The notes under the pieces are model-generated. The model did no database searches. It was given only the letters and a program-made list of their open reading frames with translations, and was not told the origin of the DNA. DNA of 64,000 nt from Patescibacteria group bacterium (lineage in GTDB: Bacteria > Patescibacteriota > Patescibacteriia > UBA9934 > GWF2-40-263), in NCBI GenBank assembly GCA_041661745.1, contig JBAZTR010000001.1:15740-79739 (forward strand). The letters run 5' to 3'. Positions 36,315-46,513 of the stretch are shown in pieces; position 1 is the stretch's first letter; each line of letters begins with the position of its first letter. A program made the position numbers and the translations under genes.

Positions 36315-37053
36315 GCCAACTGGCCTTTGCCTCGACTGAAGCTCTTTCGATATCGCCAACGACTTTTTTTTCAACCTTTGAGGTGCCAATATCAATAACG
36401 ACTACGCCGTCTTTGACCATTTTTCCGGTAATTAAATTAGGTTGTCCGACCGCAGTAATAAGAAAATCTGCGGTCTTTGTTTTTTCTTCCAGATTTTTTG
36501 TATTTGGTGAAACAACTTCAACCTGGGCCCCCGAGCCGTTTAAGACGGTATAAAAAGGTCGGGCCAGAACCTTACCCATAACCAAAACAACTTTTTTTTG
36601 CGTTAACGGTTCGCGCGTTTCATTAATTAGTCTCATTACCCCAAGAACAACTGGCGAAATAAGACATTTTTTGCCGGCTTCTAAACTGCACAAATTTTCT
36701 GAATGAAAACCATCGACATCCTTGGCTGGACTAATTGCCGCGATAATTCGGTCAGCGTCTTGTTTGGGAAGTGGTAGTTGAACCAAAATTCCATCAACGT
36801 CTTTTTCGTTATTCAGTTCCTTTATTTTTTTTAAAAGTTCGGCTTCGGAAACATCCTCCGGAAAAACGTATTTTTCAAATTTTATTCCGGCATCCAAACA
36901 GGCTTTTTCTTTTAAAGAAACATAAAGGTGTGAAGCTGGATCGCGCCCAACCAAAATAACCGCCAGGCCGGGAATTTTTGGTAAATGAGCCACGTTGGTT
37001 TTGATCACCGAAATAATTTGTTGGGAAATGATTTTTCCGTTTAGGAGGTGCAT
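36238..37053 (-). CDS. folD: Methylenetetrahydrofolate dehydrogenase/cyclohydrolase
   Basis: PGLAVILVG.DPAS..YV..K, GILVQLPLP, KDVDGFH, TPVPGGVGPMTVAMLL.N. Confidence 0.95.
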   Translation of the reverse strand: MHLLNGKIISQQIISVIKTNVAHLPKIPGLAVILVGRDPASHLYVSLKEKACLDAGIKFEKYVFPEDVSEAELLKKIKELNNEKDVDGILVQLPLPKQDADRIIAAISPAKDVDGFHSENLCSLEAGKKCLISPVVLGVMRLINETREPLTQKKVVLVMGKVLARPFYTVLNGSGAQVEVVSPNTKNLEEKTKTADFLITAVGQPNLITGKMVKDGVVVIDIGTSKVEKKVVGDIERASVEAKASWLTPVPGGVGPMTVAMLLQNVLVASR

Positions 37054-37937
37054 ATATAATCAATTATACCACCAGCCACATCAATTCCGGTAGCCTCTTC
37101 CAATCCTTCAAACCCTGGGCGAGCGTTAACTTCCAAAACCAACGGGCCGCGGGATGAACGAATAATATCAACCCCGGCGATGTCTAAACCCACCGCTTTA
37201 GCCGCCGCGACCGCGATTTTTTTCTCTTCGTCTGAAAGTTCGACTGGATGTCCGGCGCCACCGGCATGAATGTTGGCCCGAACTTCACCCGGTTTGGCCG
37301 AGCGTTCCATGGCCGCCAAAATTTTATCGCCGGCCACAAAAATTCGCAGATCTTTTCCTTCGGCTTCTTTTATAAATTCCTCAAGAAGCAGCGGCATTTT
37401 ATGATTAACCGTTAAGTAATCAACGATCGGTAAAAGGGTGGCTAAATTTTCGGCCAAAAAGACGCCACGACCGCCCGAACCGCTGGGGGTTTTTGCAACC
37501 AACGGAAAACCAATTGCTTCGGCTTCGGTAGCAATGGTGCTGACATCGCGAACAATCGTGCTTTTTGGCGTTGGCAGACCGGCTTTGTTTATTAAAAGTT
37601 TTCTGGCAAATTTATTTTTAGCGGCCGAAAGAATCAAATTCTGGCTGTTAGTGACTTTAAAACCAGCCGAGATCAAAGCGTCAATTGTAATGGAATGAAA
37701 ACTTTGGTCTTCGATAAAATTAGTTCGGGCAATAAAAATATCAATCGGTGGTAGGGGTTGATTATCGTAAAAAATTTCCAGTCGGCCATTGTTTTGACGA
37801 AACGAAAAAAACGGTTCGCAAAAAATCTTGGCTTCATGGCCGCGAGCCATTGCTGTTTCAAACAAACGATTAGTTTCAAACGGCGGTTCAACCTCAAGGG
37901 TTTTTGGCCGGCCGAAAGTAAGAATACCGATTTTCAT
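37041..37937 (-). CDS. rimK: RimK-family ATP-grasp alpha-L-glutamate ligase
   Basis: GFPLVAKTPSGSGGRGV, EEFIKEAEGKDLRIFV, RANIHAGG, AGVDII, LEVNARPGFEG. Confidence 0.88.
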   Translation of the reverse strand: MKIGILTFGRPKTLEVEPPFETNRLFETAMARGHEAKIFCEPFFSFRQNNGRLEIFYDNQPLPPIDIFIARTNFIEDQSFHSITIDALISAGFKVTNSQNLILSAAKNKFARKLLINKAGLPTPKSTIVRDVSTIATEAEAIGFPLVAKTPSGSGGRGVFLAENLATLLPIVDYLTVNHKMPLLLEEFIKEAEGKDLRIFVAGDKILAAMERSAKPGEVRANIHAGGAGHPVELSDEEKKIAVAAAKAVGLDIAGVDIIRSSRGPLVLEVNARPGFEGLEEATGIDVAGGIIDYICTS

Positions 37938-37999
37938 AACGAAGAGACTTTAGCGGATTTTATGAAAAAAATCAAGCATTGTGCTATAATTTGTTCAAT

Positions 38000-39364
38000 A
38001 TGAAAATAAGTTTCTTCGGGGCGGCGCGCGAAGTGACCGGCTCGTGTCATTTATTCGAGGCCAAAGACGCCGATGGTGTGGACCGAAAAATTTTGATTGA
38101 CTGTGGCATGTTTCAGGGAGCAAAGTTTACGGAAGAAAAAAACCATCTACCTTTCCCGTTTAAACCATCGGAACTCGACGCTGTGTTGGTTACCCATGCT
38201 CACCTTGACCACATTGGTCGTCTGCCTAAATTGGCTCGTGAGGGTTACGACGGTTGGATTACCATGACTGTTCCGACTTGTGCTTTGACTTATTTGGTTT
38301 TGGAGGATGCTTTGCACGTCATGACTGAGAACACCAAGTATACTGACGAAAAGCCACTTTATACTTTAGGAGATGTCAAAAAAGTTCATGAATTTTGCCA
38401 AGGTGTCGGTTATCACGAGGAAGTAACGCTTGCTCCGGGGATCACGGCCATGTTTCATGAAGCCGGCCATGTTTTGGGTTCGGCTTATATTTCCATTGAG
38501 GCGGAAGGGAAGAGGGTTATTTTTTCCGGCGACATTGGTAACGACAGCGTGCCGATTTTGGCTGATACCGAACCAATTTCCAAAGCTGACATTGTTGTTT
38601 GTGAATCCACTTATGGTCACCGTATCCATGAAAGTCCCAAAGAGCGGGGAAATATTTTAAAAACTTATTTGGAACAAACTGTTCGTAATCACGGTATTTT
38701 GCTTATCCCAGCTTTTTCCATTGAGCGCACCCAGGAACTTTTGTATGAGTTGAACGATATTCTTTTACATAAATTAAAAAGCAAAATTCCGATTTTTCTC
38801 GACAGTCCCATGGCCATTCGGGCCACGGAAATGTATCGCCATTTTAAAACCTATTTGCAATTCGACGCGCCGATTTTTTCCGATCCTGATCGTGATTTTT
38901 TCAGTTTTCCGAATTTGCGTGAAAGTGTCTCGACTTTATCCTCGCGCTCAATTAATTTGGTGCCAGCTCCCAAGGTCATTATCGCCGGTTCGGGTATGAT
39001 GACCGGTGGCCGCATTTTACACCACCTAATTCGTGCTTTGCCCGACAAAAACAGCACCCTTTTGATTATCGGCTACCAAGCCCAGGGCTCGCTCGGTCGG
39101 CGTCTTTATGAAGGAGCCCGCAAGGTTAATATTATGCGCCAAGAAATTAAGGTTAAAGCTACAGTCGAGGCCTTGGGCTCGTTTTCTGCGCACGGCGATC
39201 AAAATAAATTAACCAGGTGGTTGAAGCCGGAAGAAGGTAAAATTGAAAAAATCTTTGTGGTGCACGGTGATGAAGAGGCTTCTCTAGTTTTTGCCACACA
39301 TATTCGGCACGAATTACGTCTTGAGGTTGAGGTGCCGAAAGAAGGGCAAAGTTTTGAAATTTAA
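38000..39364 (+). CDS. Metallo-beta-lactamase beta-CASP RNA-processing nuclease
   Basis: GAAREVTGS, DCGMFQG, THAHLDHIG, GHVLGSA, ESTYG, FSAHGD, VHGD. Confidence 0.92.
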   Translation: MKISFFGAAREVTGSCHLFEAKDADGVDRKILIDCGMFQGAKFTEEKNHLPFPFKPSELDAVLVTHAHLDHIGRLPKLAREGYDGWITMTVPTCALTYLVLEDALHVMTENTKYTDEKPLYTLGDVKKVHEFCQGVGYHEEVTLAPGITAMFHEAGHVLGSAYISIEAEGKRVIFSGDIGNDSVPILADTEPISKADIVVCESTYGHRIHESPKERGNILKTYLEQTVRNHGILLIPAFSIERTQELLYELNDILLHKLKSKIPIFLDSPMAIRATEMYRHFKTYLQFDAPIFSDPDRDFFSFPNLRESVSTLSSRSINLVPAPKVIIAGSGMMTGGRILHHLIRALPDKNSTLLIIGYQAQGSLGRRLYEGARKVNIMRQEIKVKATVEALGSFSAHGDQNKLTRWLKPEEGKIEKIFVVHGDEEASLVFATHIRHELRLEVEVPKEGQSFEI

Positions 39365-39386
39365 ACACTATTATTAAAAAATAAAT

Positions 39387-40418
39387 ATGATTAAAATTTT
39401 AATAGGACTTTTCCTGGCTGTCATTCTCTCTCCGTCGTTAATTTGGTTTGGCCAATCGCAACATTCGGAAGAAAAGTTTTTGCGCAGTAAAGAAGTTTCG
39501 TCCGAAGCTGTTCAGAATGGTTATGTTTCCGTTGTCGGTGCCTCAATACCAGACACGACTTTGAATTGCCCATTAATTAAAGTCGATGAGGTCGAAAAAC
39601 CATGTCTCTTTGTTGATCAAGAAACTTTTGAATATAAAACCTCTTCCTCGGTTCTTTGCGGCGATACTCTCTCCTCGTCGTATCGCGTAATCAAACAAGT
39701 GGAAAACCGTTGTAGCGAAACCGGCGGTAATTGTGAAGCTTGTTATCAAGTGGAAAAGGATGATTGGGTTAGTGTTGAAAGAAAAGTCACCCACGTTCCT
39801 TTTAAAGTCGGTCAATACACGATTTCCCCCACGGAAAAAACCAATTTTATCGATGAATTACAAGGTGAATATTTTGTCAGTTCAACCGGCGAACGTCGTC
39901 TTGGTACCGAGATCCCGGCCCTTGGCGACAAAAATTATAAATTTATTTATTTTCCTAAACCGGAAAGTATCTTAGTAGCTGGTTTGTCGCTTGATGGAAA
40001 AATTGAAAGCGGTGGCGATAACGGAATCTTTGTGGTTTCCAATAAATTAAGGGAAGCCACGGCCTTGGCCCTAAAAAGCGAGGATAAAATTGCGGGAAAA
40101 ATTCTTTCCATCTTTTCATTGTTTTTGATGATGCTGGGTTTTGCCTTTATGGTTTCCCCATTAACCACATGGATCCGCCATGTTTTTGGCGTGGCTTTGC
40201 CGGGCTTGGACAGACTTCTTAGTCGCGGGGCCAGTTGGTTAATTTATTTGGCTGCCGGGGTTGTGGGTGGAGTATTTTGGTTAATTTTGTTTTTGTTGGT
40301 TTTTTTGGTAAAAAATATTTTGATCGCCGGAATTCTCGCGGCAGTAATTGGTTTAATTTTTGCCGTGGTTGTTAGGTCCGGTGGTTTAGAAGCAATGAAG
40401 AAAAAGATAAAAAAATAA
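39387..40418 (+). CDS. Hypothetical membrane protein with Cys-containing extracellular domain
   Basis: N-terminal TM, six Cys in the soluble region, three C-terminal TMs. Confidence 0.6.
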   Translation: MIKILIGLFLAVILSPSLIWFGQSQHSEEKFLRSKEVSSEAVQNGYVSVVGASIPDTTLNCPLIKVDEVEKPCLFVDQETFEYKTSSSVLCGDTLSSSYRVIKQVENRCSETGGNCEACYQVEKDDWVSVERKVTHVPFKVGQYTISPTEKTNFIDELQGEYFVSSTGERRLGTEIPALGDKNYKFIYFPKPESILVAGLSLDGKIESGGDNGIFVVSNKLREATALALKSEDKIAGKILSIFSLFLMMLGFAFMVSPLTTWIRHVFGVALPGLDRLLSRGASWLIYLAAGVVGGVFWLILFLLVFLVKNILIAGILAAVIGLIFAVVVRSGGLEAMKKKIKK

Positions 40419-40471
40419 TAATTCCGTTGTTTTCTCGACATTTTCGGGAATTTCCGCTAAACTCTCCCCAC

Positions 40472-42262
40472 ATGATGGATCAAAGCAAAATCCGCAACTT
40501 CTGTATCATTGCTCATATTGATCACGGCAAGTCCACTTTGGCTGACCGTTTGCTTGAAGTTACCGGCGCAGTTGATAAACGGAAAATGAAAGATCAGATT
40601 TTGGATTCCATGGATTTGGAACGCGAGCGCGGGATTACCATTAAACTTGCTCCGGCCCGCATGGAGTACAAAGGCTTCACTTTAAACCTCATCGACACGC
40701 CCGGACACGTGGATTTTACTTACGAAGTTTCTCGCTCGCTTGCCGCGGTTGAGGGAACGATTCTTTTGGTTGATGCCACACAGGGGGTGCAGGCACAAAC
40801 CGTAGGAAATTTATTTTTGGCTTTGGGAGAAAATCTGACAATTATTCCGGTTTTAAACAAAATCGATTTACCGGCGGCCAATGTGGAAAAATGCGTGGCG
40901 GAATTAGTACAACTTATTGGTTGCGATCCAGCGGAGATTCTTAAGGTCAGTGGTAAGACCGGCGAAGGCGTGCCAGAACTTTTGGACGAAGTTATTAAGC
41001 GTATTCCACCGCCAACCGGAGGAACCGGCGAAGCCACTCGAGCTTTGGTTTTTGATTCTAAGTTTGATGATTATCGCGGCGTGGTCGCTTACGTTCGAGT
41101 TGTTGATGGAGCCATTAAGAAAGGTGAAATTTTAAAATTGGCAGCCACCAGTGCTGAGAGCGAAGTTTTGGAAGTCGGATCACTGGGGCCGAGCGGTTAT
41201 TTGTCTTTGCCCGAGCTTGAGACCGGTCAAATTGGTTATGTTGTCACTGGATTGAAAGATTTGGCCTCGTGCCGCGTTGGTGACACCATGACCATGGCTA
41301 AAAATCCGACCGACAAGCCACTGCCGGGTTACAAGGAAGTTCGACCAATGGTTTTTGCCGGCATTTTTCCAAAAGAAGGCAGTAACTTTCAAAAACTTCG
41401 CGGGGCCGTGGAAAAATTAAAATTAAACGATGCTTCTTTAACTTCTGATCCCGAACATTCACCGGCCATTGGTTATGGTTTTCGTTGCGGATTGCTCGGC
41501 ATGCTCCATTTGGAAATTGTTAAAGAGCGCTTAGAACGCGAGTACGGGGTTGAAGTTATTGTGACCACACCATCGGTGGCTTATCGCGTTACCAAAAGTG
41601 ATCTTTCGCAAATTGTTATTAAAAGTCCACTGGAACTTCCCGATGCCTCGGCTATTAGAATGATTGAAGAACCGTGGGTTAAAGCCGATGTAGTTACGCC
41701 AAAAGATTCAATCGGCGCGGTTATGGCTTTAGCTCAAGAAAAGCGTGGGGTTTATCGCACCACGGAGTTTCTTTCCGAATCGCGAGCCATTCTTCATTAT
41801 GATTTGCCGCTCTCGACGATTTTGGTTGATTTTTACGATCGTTTGAAAAGTGCCACGGCCGGTTATGCTTCGTTAAACTACGAGCTTTCCGATTATCGCG
41901 AGGCCGATGTAGTTAAGCTGGATATTTTGGTGGCCGAGGAAAGAGAAGATGCTTTTGCTTCGCTGGTTTATCGCGACGAAGCCGAGCGTGTTGGTCGAGC
42001 GATTGTGGAATCGCTTAAGGAAGCAATTCCGAAACAATGGTTTGTTATCAAACTCCAAGCGGCCGTGGGTGGAAAAATTGTCGCCTCTGATCGTATCTCC
42101 GCTTTCCACAAGGAAGTGACGGCTAAACTTTCCGGCGGCGACATTACCCGTAAACGTAAACTTCTTGAAAAACAGAAAAAAGGTAAAGCCAAAATGGCGG
42201 CCATGGGGCGGGGGAGTGTGGAGATTCCTTCGGATGCGTATCTTAAGGTGTTTAAGCGATAA
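40472..42262 (+). CDS. lepA: Translation elongation factor 4 (LepA)
   Basis: IRNFCIIAHIDHGKSTLADR, DTPGHVDF, GLLGMLHLEI, GGDITRKRKLLEKQKKGK. Confidence 0.97.
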   Translation: MMDQSKIRNFCIIAHIDHGKSTLADRLLEVTGAVDKRKMKDQILDSMDLERERGITIKLAPARMEYKGFTLNLIDTPGHVDFTYEVSRSLAAVEGTILLVDATQGVQAQTVGNLFLALGENLTIIPVLNKIDLPAANVEKCVAELVQLIGCDPAEILKVSGKTGEGVPELLDEVIKRIPPPTGGTGEATRALVFDSKFDDYRGVVAYVRVVDGAIKKGEILKLAATSAESEVLEVGSLGPSGYLSLPELETGQIGYVVTGLKDLASCRVGDTMTMAKNPTDKPLPGYKEVRPMVFAGIFPKEGSNFQKLRGAVEKLKLNDASLTSDPEHSPAIGYGFRCGLLGMLHLEIVKERLEREYGVEVIVTTPSVAYRVTKSDLSQIVIKSPLELPDASAIRMIEEPWVKADVVTPKDSIGAVMALAQEKRGVYRTTEFLSESRAILHYDLPLSTILVDFYDRLKSATAGYASLNYELSDYREADVVKLDILVAEEREDAFASLVYRDEAERVGRAIVESLKEAIPKQWFVIKLQAAVGGKIVASDRISAFHKEVTAKLSGGDITRKRKLLEKQKKGKAKMAAMGRGSVEIPSDAYLKVFKR

Positions 42263-42265
42263 TTT

Positions 42266-43222
42266 ATGTCAGAGGGTAATTTCATCCGAGAATCCGGAGT
42301 TACCAGAGTTGTGGATGTTTCTGATGAAGACGAAAGGAATTTTTTAGAGATTTTTCGAGATAAATTTCAAGGAGAAGTAAAAGAAAGTCTTGAGATTGAA
42401 AAAACTCCGGAAATTTTGGAATTGATTAACGATTTTAATAAAAATTTAAAACAATTTTTTCAGAGATATGGAGTGGAGTGGATGGAGGTGCCGGCCGGAA
42501 ATATCCATCTCCTGGACCTTTCCTCGCTTTCCGAAGAACAAAAAACCAGAATAAAATTTGATGGATCTTTTAAATCTATAGTCCAACACCTTGTATTGAT
42601 AGATTATTCGGATAAAGATTTTTCGGCCCTGGCCGTTACGTTGGTACATGAAATGATCCACTTTAATTCTTTTCAGTCGTGGCAAAAAGGCCAAAGGGGC
42701 GCGGAAAGTCTCCCGATGACAAATAAAGAAACTAACGAGAAACTTTTTTTGAATCAGCGCCGTCAGGGGATTAATGTTTTTGATGTTAACGGAAGATCTT
42801 TTTTTCGGGAAATTGATGAGGCAGTAGTTACTGAGTTGGCTATCGAATTTGATCAAGAATTTTTTTCTAAAACCAAAGGTCTAAAAGACGAGGTGGCTCT
42901 AAGAGACCAGATTTTTTCCGAGGCCGCACCAGACCCTTCCAAAAGAAGGCTTGTGAGAAAAATTATTGAACATCCCGAAAACGAAGAAGACAGAAGGTTC
43001 CAGATTTTTTCTTATAAATACGGAGAGGAAAGAAAAAAATTTTGGGAGATTGTTAAAGAAATTTTTGAAAAAAATCGCGACGAATTTACCACAGAGGAAG
43101 ACGTTTTTAATCTTTTTGTTCAGGCCTGTATGACCGGCCGACTTTTGCCTTTGGCCAGAATTTACGAAAAAACTTTCGGCCCAGGGAGTTTTAGAAAGTT
43201 GGGAGAGGAAACGAAAAAATAA
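42266..43222 (+). CDS. Hypothetical protein with zincin-like HExxH motif
   Basis: LVHEMIHFNS followed by IDEAVVTE (possible third ligand). Confidence 0.6.
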   Translation: MSEGNFIRESGVTRVVDVSDEDERNFLEIFRDKFQGEVKESLEIEKTPEILELINDFNKNLKQFFQRYGVEWMEVPAGNIHLLDLSSLSEEQKTRIKFDGSFKSIVQHLVLIDYSDKDFSALAVTLVHEMIHFNSFQSWQKGQRGAESLPMTNKETNEKLFLNQRRQGINVFDVNGRSFFREIDEAVVTELAIEFDQEFFSKTKGLKDEVALRDQIFSEAAPDPSKRRLVRKIIEHPENEEDRRFQIFSYKYGEERKKFWEIVKEIFEKNRDEFTTEEDVFNLFVQACMTGRLLPLARIYEKTFGPGSFRKLGEETKK

Positions 43223-43253
43223 AAAACAACCGTCCTTGTTGGGTGGTTGTTTT
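43223..43253. terminator. Bidirectional terminator between convergent genes
   Basis: AAAACAACCGTCC...GGGTGGTTGTTTT. Confidence 0.7.
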
Positions 43254-43258
43254 ATTTT

Positions 43259-43696
43259 TTAGTAAAACTTTTTTGCCAAGTAATTATCCAACACTTGTTG
43301 TGAGGCCAGATAAATAGGCGAAGGAAGTTCTTCAAGAGAAAACCAGCGCCATTCGGTAATTTCGTCGGGCTCCATCACCTGCGGCTCGCCGAGGGTATCT
43401 TCACTTAATAGACCGATGGTAATAAACTGAGCGTCAGGAACAATGTTATTGGTTAAGCTGATAACCTTAGTCGTGCCGATTTCCATGCCAGTTTCTTCCA
43501 TGAGTTCTCGTGCGGCCCCGGCTTCAAAAGTCTCGCCAAAATGAAGTTTGCCGCCAGGCATGGTCCAAGTTCCTTCGCCGTGCAGAACACTGGAGGCTTT
43601 GGCCGGATCAACATGGCGCTTGCCTAAAAGAATTTTGTTGTCGCGCAAAATCATGACCCCAAAACCCACGCCGGGTTTTTTGTTTTCTTCGGGCAT
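43259..43696 (-). CDS. NUDIX hydrolase
   Basis: PGGKLHFGETFEAGAARELMEETG; MEPDEITEWRWF. Confidence 0.9.
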   Translation of the reverse strand: MPEENKKPGVGFGVMILRDNKILLGKRHVDPAKASSVLHGEGTWTMPGGKLHFGETFEAGAARELMEETGMEIGTTKVISLTNNIVPDAQFITIGLLSEDTLGEPQVMEPDEITEWRWFSLEELPSPIYLASQQVLDNYLAKKFY

Positions 43697-43697
43697 A

Positions 43698-44111
43698 TTA
43701 TTCGAAGGGATTATGTCCGGCTTTTAATAAATTTTCAGTGGTTAGAAAAAGCGGTCTTGGTAGGTCATTCCAATCGAACCAGTCCCAGCCCTCACATTTG
43801 TCCGGTTCCATAGTTTGCGGCTCGCCGGATTCATATTCGGCAATTACATAAACCGTGACGTAGTGCTTGTCTTCTTTTTCGAAAAAATCATTAGTATAAA
43901 CCCACGGCTTTAAATTTTTGATAACAATCCCGGCTTCTTCCGCCGTTTCCCTGATGGCACATTCCTCGGGTGACTCGCACCATTCCAAATGTCCGCCTGG
44001 TGGGGCCCAGGTTCCATCACCATGTGCATTTTTTCTTTTACCAAAAAGAATTTTGCCGTCTTTTTTGATAATTACCCCCACGCCGACTTTTGGCCTTTTT
44101 ATTTCTTCCAT
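43698..44111 (-). CDS. NUDIX hydrolase (NUDT15/MutT-like)
   Basis: PGGHLEWCESPEECAIRETAEEAG; MEPDKCEGWDWF. Confidence 0.92.
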   Translation of the reverse strand: MEEIKRPKVGVGVIIKKDGKILFGKRKNAHGDGTWAPPGGHLEWCESPEECAIRETAEEAGIVIKNLKPWVYTNDFFEKEDKHYVTVYVIAEYESGEPQTMEPDKCEGWDWFDWNDLPRPLFLTTENLLKAGHNPFE

Positions 44112-44231
44112 ACTGAATTATAATAATCCCAAGACATATGAAAAACAAGACAACTAGAATAATCTGGACCATTATTACCTTTATCGTCGTTATTTCCATG
44201 ATTATGAGTATGGTCATGTACGGGTTCTAGT

Positions 44232-46001
44232 ATGGAAAATAAAAAGTGGCGGGTGGCCGAGGCAATGCCGGAGGAGGCAAAAATGGCGTTTCCGGAATTA
44301 TCGCCGGTTTTAGCGCAGCTTTTGTGGAACCGTGGAGTTAAAACGCAGGCCGAAGTGGATATCTTCTTGGGGCCCGATTGGACGCGCGACACGCACGATC
44401 CTTTTTTGTTTAAGCAAATGAACGAAGCCGTGGCTAGAACCTTTGCCGCATTAGAAAAAAAAGAAGTTATTACCATTCATGGCGATTATGATGCTGATGG
44501 GGTGTGCGGTACGGCGGTTGTTTATTCAACCCTGCGTGAAATTTGTCGAGCCTTTAAATTTGATTTCGAAAATATCACCACCTACATTCCGCACCGTGAG
44601 CGCGAGGGATATGGATTGTTTGTTGCCACCTCGGAACATTTGCGCCAGCACGATAAAACTGATTTGTTGATTACCGTTGATTGCGGTATTAGCAACGCCG
44701 ATGCCATCGCCCGTGGAAAAGAGCTGGGTTTCGAAACCATTATTTGCGATCATCACGCGGTGCCCGAGGTTTTGCCAGAAGCAATAATTTTACATCCACA
44801 AGTACTGGGTGAACCTTATCCCAACAAGGTTTTATGCGGGGCTGGGGTGGCTTTTAAGTTTGCCTCAGCTTTGATTGTTGAAGCACAAAAGCGTGGCGCG
44901 GAATTCCCAGCTGGATATGAGAAATGGTTACTCGACCTGGTGGCTATTGCCACCGTGACTGATGTTATGCCGCTGACCGGAGAAAATCGTGTTTTGGAAA
45001 CCTATGGGCTTTTAGTTTTGAAAAAGACGCGGCGTTTGGGTTTGCAAAAATTATTTCAAGCAGCCGCCGTTAAAACTGAGCAAATTGATTCTTGGACAAT
45101 TGGTTTTCAAATTGGTCCGCGTTTGAACGCCGCCGGGCGAATGGATCACGCCGATCCGGCTTTTCGTTTATTGGTTTCCGAAGATGAGCAAGAAGCCGGG
45201 ACTTTGGCCGCCCAACTTCATGCGGCTAATGTTTTGCGACAAAAGCGGAGCGAAGAAATTTACCAGGAGGCTTTGGCACAGGTTGGCGAACCGGGTGAAC
45301 AAAAGTTTTTGTCAGCCGCGGCCGAAGGTTGGTCAGCTGGTCTGGTTGGTTTATCAGCCGGAAAACTTTGTGAAAAATACGCGCGACCAGTGGTTATTGT
45401 GGCGCGTGATGGCGAGAAATTTACCGGTTCGGGTCGCAGTATTCCGGCTTTTGATATTATGAAGGCTTTAAATGCCGCCGCGCCTTTTCTTGACCGTTTT
45501 GGCGGCCACCCGCAGGCCTGCGGTTTTTCCACGACTGGTGAGGAGCGTTACAAACAAGCAATTGCCGCCATGGTTGCCACTGCTGAAGCTGAATTGAAAG
45601 TCGAAGATTTGGTTTCGGAAATTTTTATCGACGCAATTACCCCACTTGGAGCAATCAATTGGGAGTTGGAAGCGGCCATTGGTCGTTTAGCCCCTTTTGG
45701 TGAAGGGAACCGACAACCACTTTTTGGCAGCCGCGGTCTTCAGCTGGTTAGTTACGAAACCATGGGGCAAGAAGGGAAACATTTACGAATGACCGTTCGT
45801 GATCCGGCTGACGGAATTATTAAAAAAATGGTGGCCTTTGGTTTTGGATCAATTGCGCCAAATTTATCAATTGGCGGTATCATCGACGTGGCTTACAATG
45901 TCAGTGTTAATGAATGGAATGGAAATCGTGAGTTGCAGTTGAAGGTAGTGGATTTAAGGCTTGAGGCTCGAGGCCCGAGCCGGGAGGCAGAATCTAAATA
46001 A
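44232..46001 (+). CDS. recJ: Single-stranded DNA exonuclease RecJ
   Basis: HGDYDADG, TVDCG, CDHH, LCGAGVAFK, PRLNAAGR, GSGRS, FGGHPQACG, PFGEGN. Confidence 0.96.
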   Translation: MENKKWRVAEAMPEEAKMAFPELSPVLAQLLWNRGVKTQAEVDIFLGPDWTRDTHDPFLFKQMNEAVARTFAALEKKEVITIHGDYDADGVCGTAVVYSTLREICRAFKFDFENITTYIPHREREGYGLFVATSEHLRQHDKTDLLITVDCGISNADAIARGKELGFETIICDHHAVPEVLPEAIILHPQVLGEPYPNKVLCGAGVAFKFASALIVEAQKRGAEFPAGYEKWLLDLVAIATVTDVMPLTGENRVLETYGLLVLKKTRRLGLQKLFQAAAVKTEQIDSWTIGFQIGPRLNAAGRMDHADPAFRLLVSEDEQEAGTLAAQLHAANVLRQKRSEEIYQEALAQVGEPGEQKFLSAAAEGWSAGLVGLSAGKLCEKYARPVVIVARDGEKFTGSGRSIPAFDIMKALNAAAPFLDRFGGHPQACGFSTTGEERYKQAIAAMVATAEAELKVEDLVSEIFIDAITPLGAINWELEAAIGRLAPFGEGNRQPLFGSRGLQLVSYETMGQEGKHLRMTVRDPADGIIKKMVAFGFGSIAPNLSIGGIIDVAYNVSVNEWNGNRELQLKVVDLRLEARGPSREAESK

Positions 46002-46050
46002 TATCCGCCTCCCAGCTCCCGGCTCTAGCCTATGATATAATAATCTAGTT

Positions 46051-46470
46051 ATGATCAAATCCATTCGAATCTATACTGATGGTGGCGCTCGCGGCAATCC
46101 CGGCCCGGCCGGGTCAGGAGCCGTTATCAAATCACTCGATGAAGGTGGTGAAAAAACTATAGCTAAATTAAAAAAGTTTTTTCCGCATGCCACTAATAAT
46201 CAAGCCGAATACGACGCAATTATTTTGGGTTTAACCGAAGCCAAACGTCTTAAGGTTGAAGAAGTTGAACTAGTTATGGATTCGGAATTGGCGGTGAAAC
46301 AGATTCGCGGTGAATATCGAGTGAAAAATCCGGAATTAGCCAAGAAATTTTTGGAGGTTTACAATCTTTCGCGAGCCTTTAAAAAATTTAGTGCTCGCCA
46401 CATTATGCGCGAGCGAAATTTTGAAGCCGACGCCCTAGTCAACGAAGTCATTGATGAAAATTTAAAATAG
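46051..46470 (+). CDS. rnhA: Ribonuclease HI family protein
   Basis: YTDGGARGNPGPAG, TNNQAEY, DSELAVKQ, RERNFEADAL. Confidence 0.92.
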   Translation: MIKSIRIYTDGGARGNPGPAGSGAVIKSLDEGGEKTIAKLKKFFPHATNNQAEYDAIILGLTEAKRLKVEEVELVMDSELAVKQIRGEYRVKNPELAKKFLEVYNLSRAFKKFSARHIMRERNFEADALVNEVIDENLK

Positions 46471-46513
46471 TTTTTGCCTACCTACTACCCACTACCACCT
46501 ACTTACCTTAAAT

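Noticed and set aside
43259-44111. Tandem NUDIX pair as a special system
   Set aside because: Both have ordinary Nudix boxes, and multiple house-cleaning NUDIX genes are commonplace.
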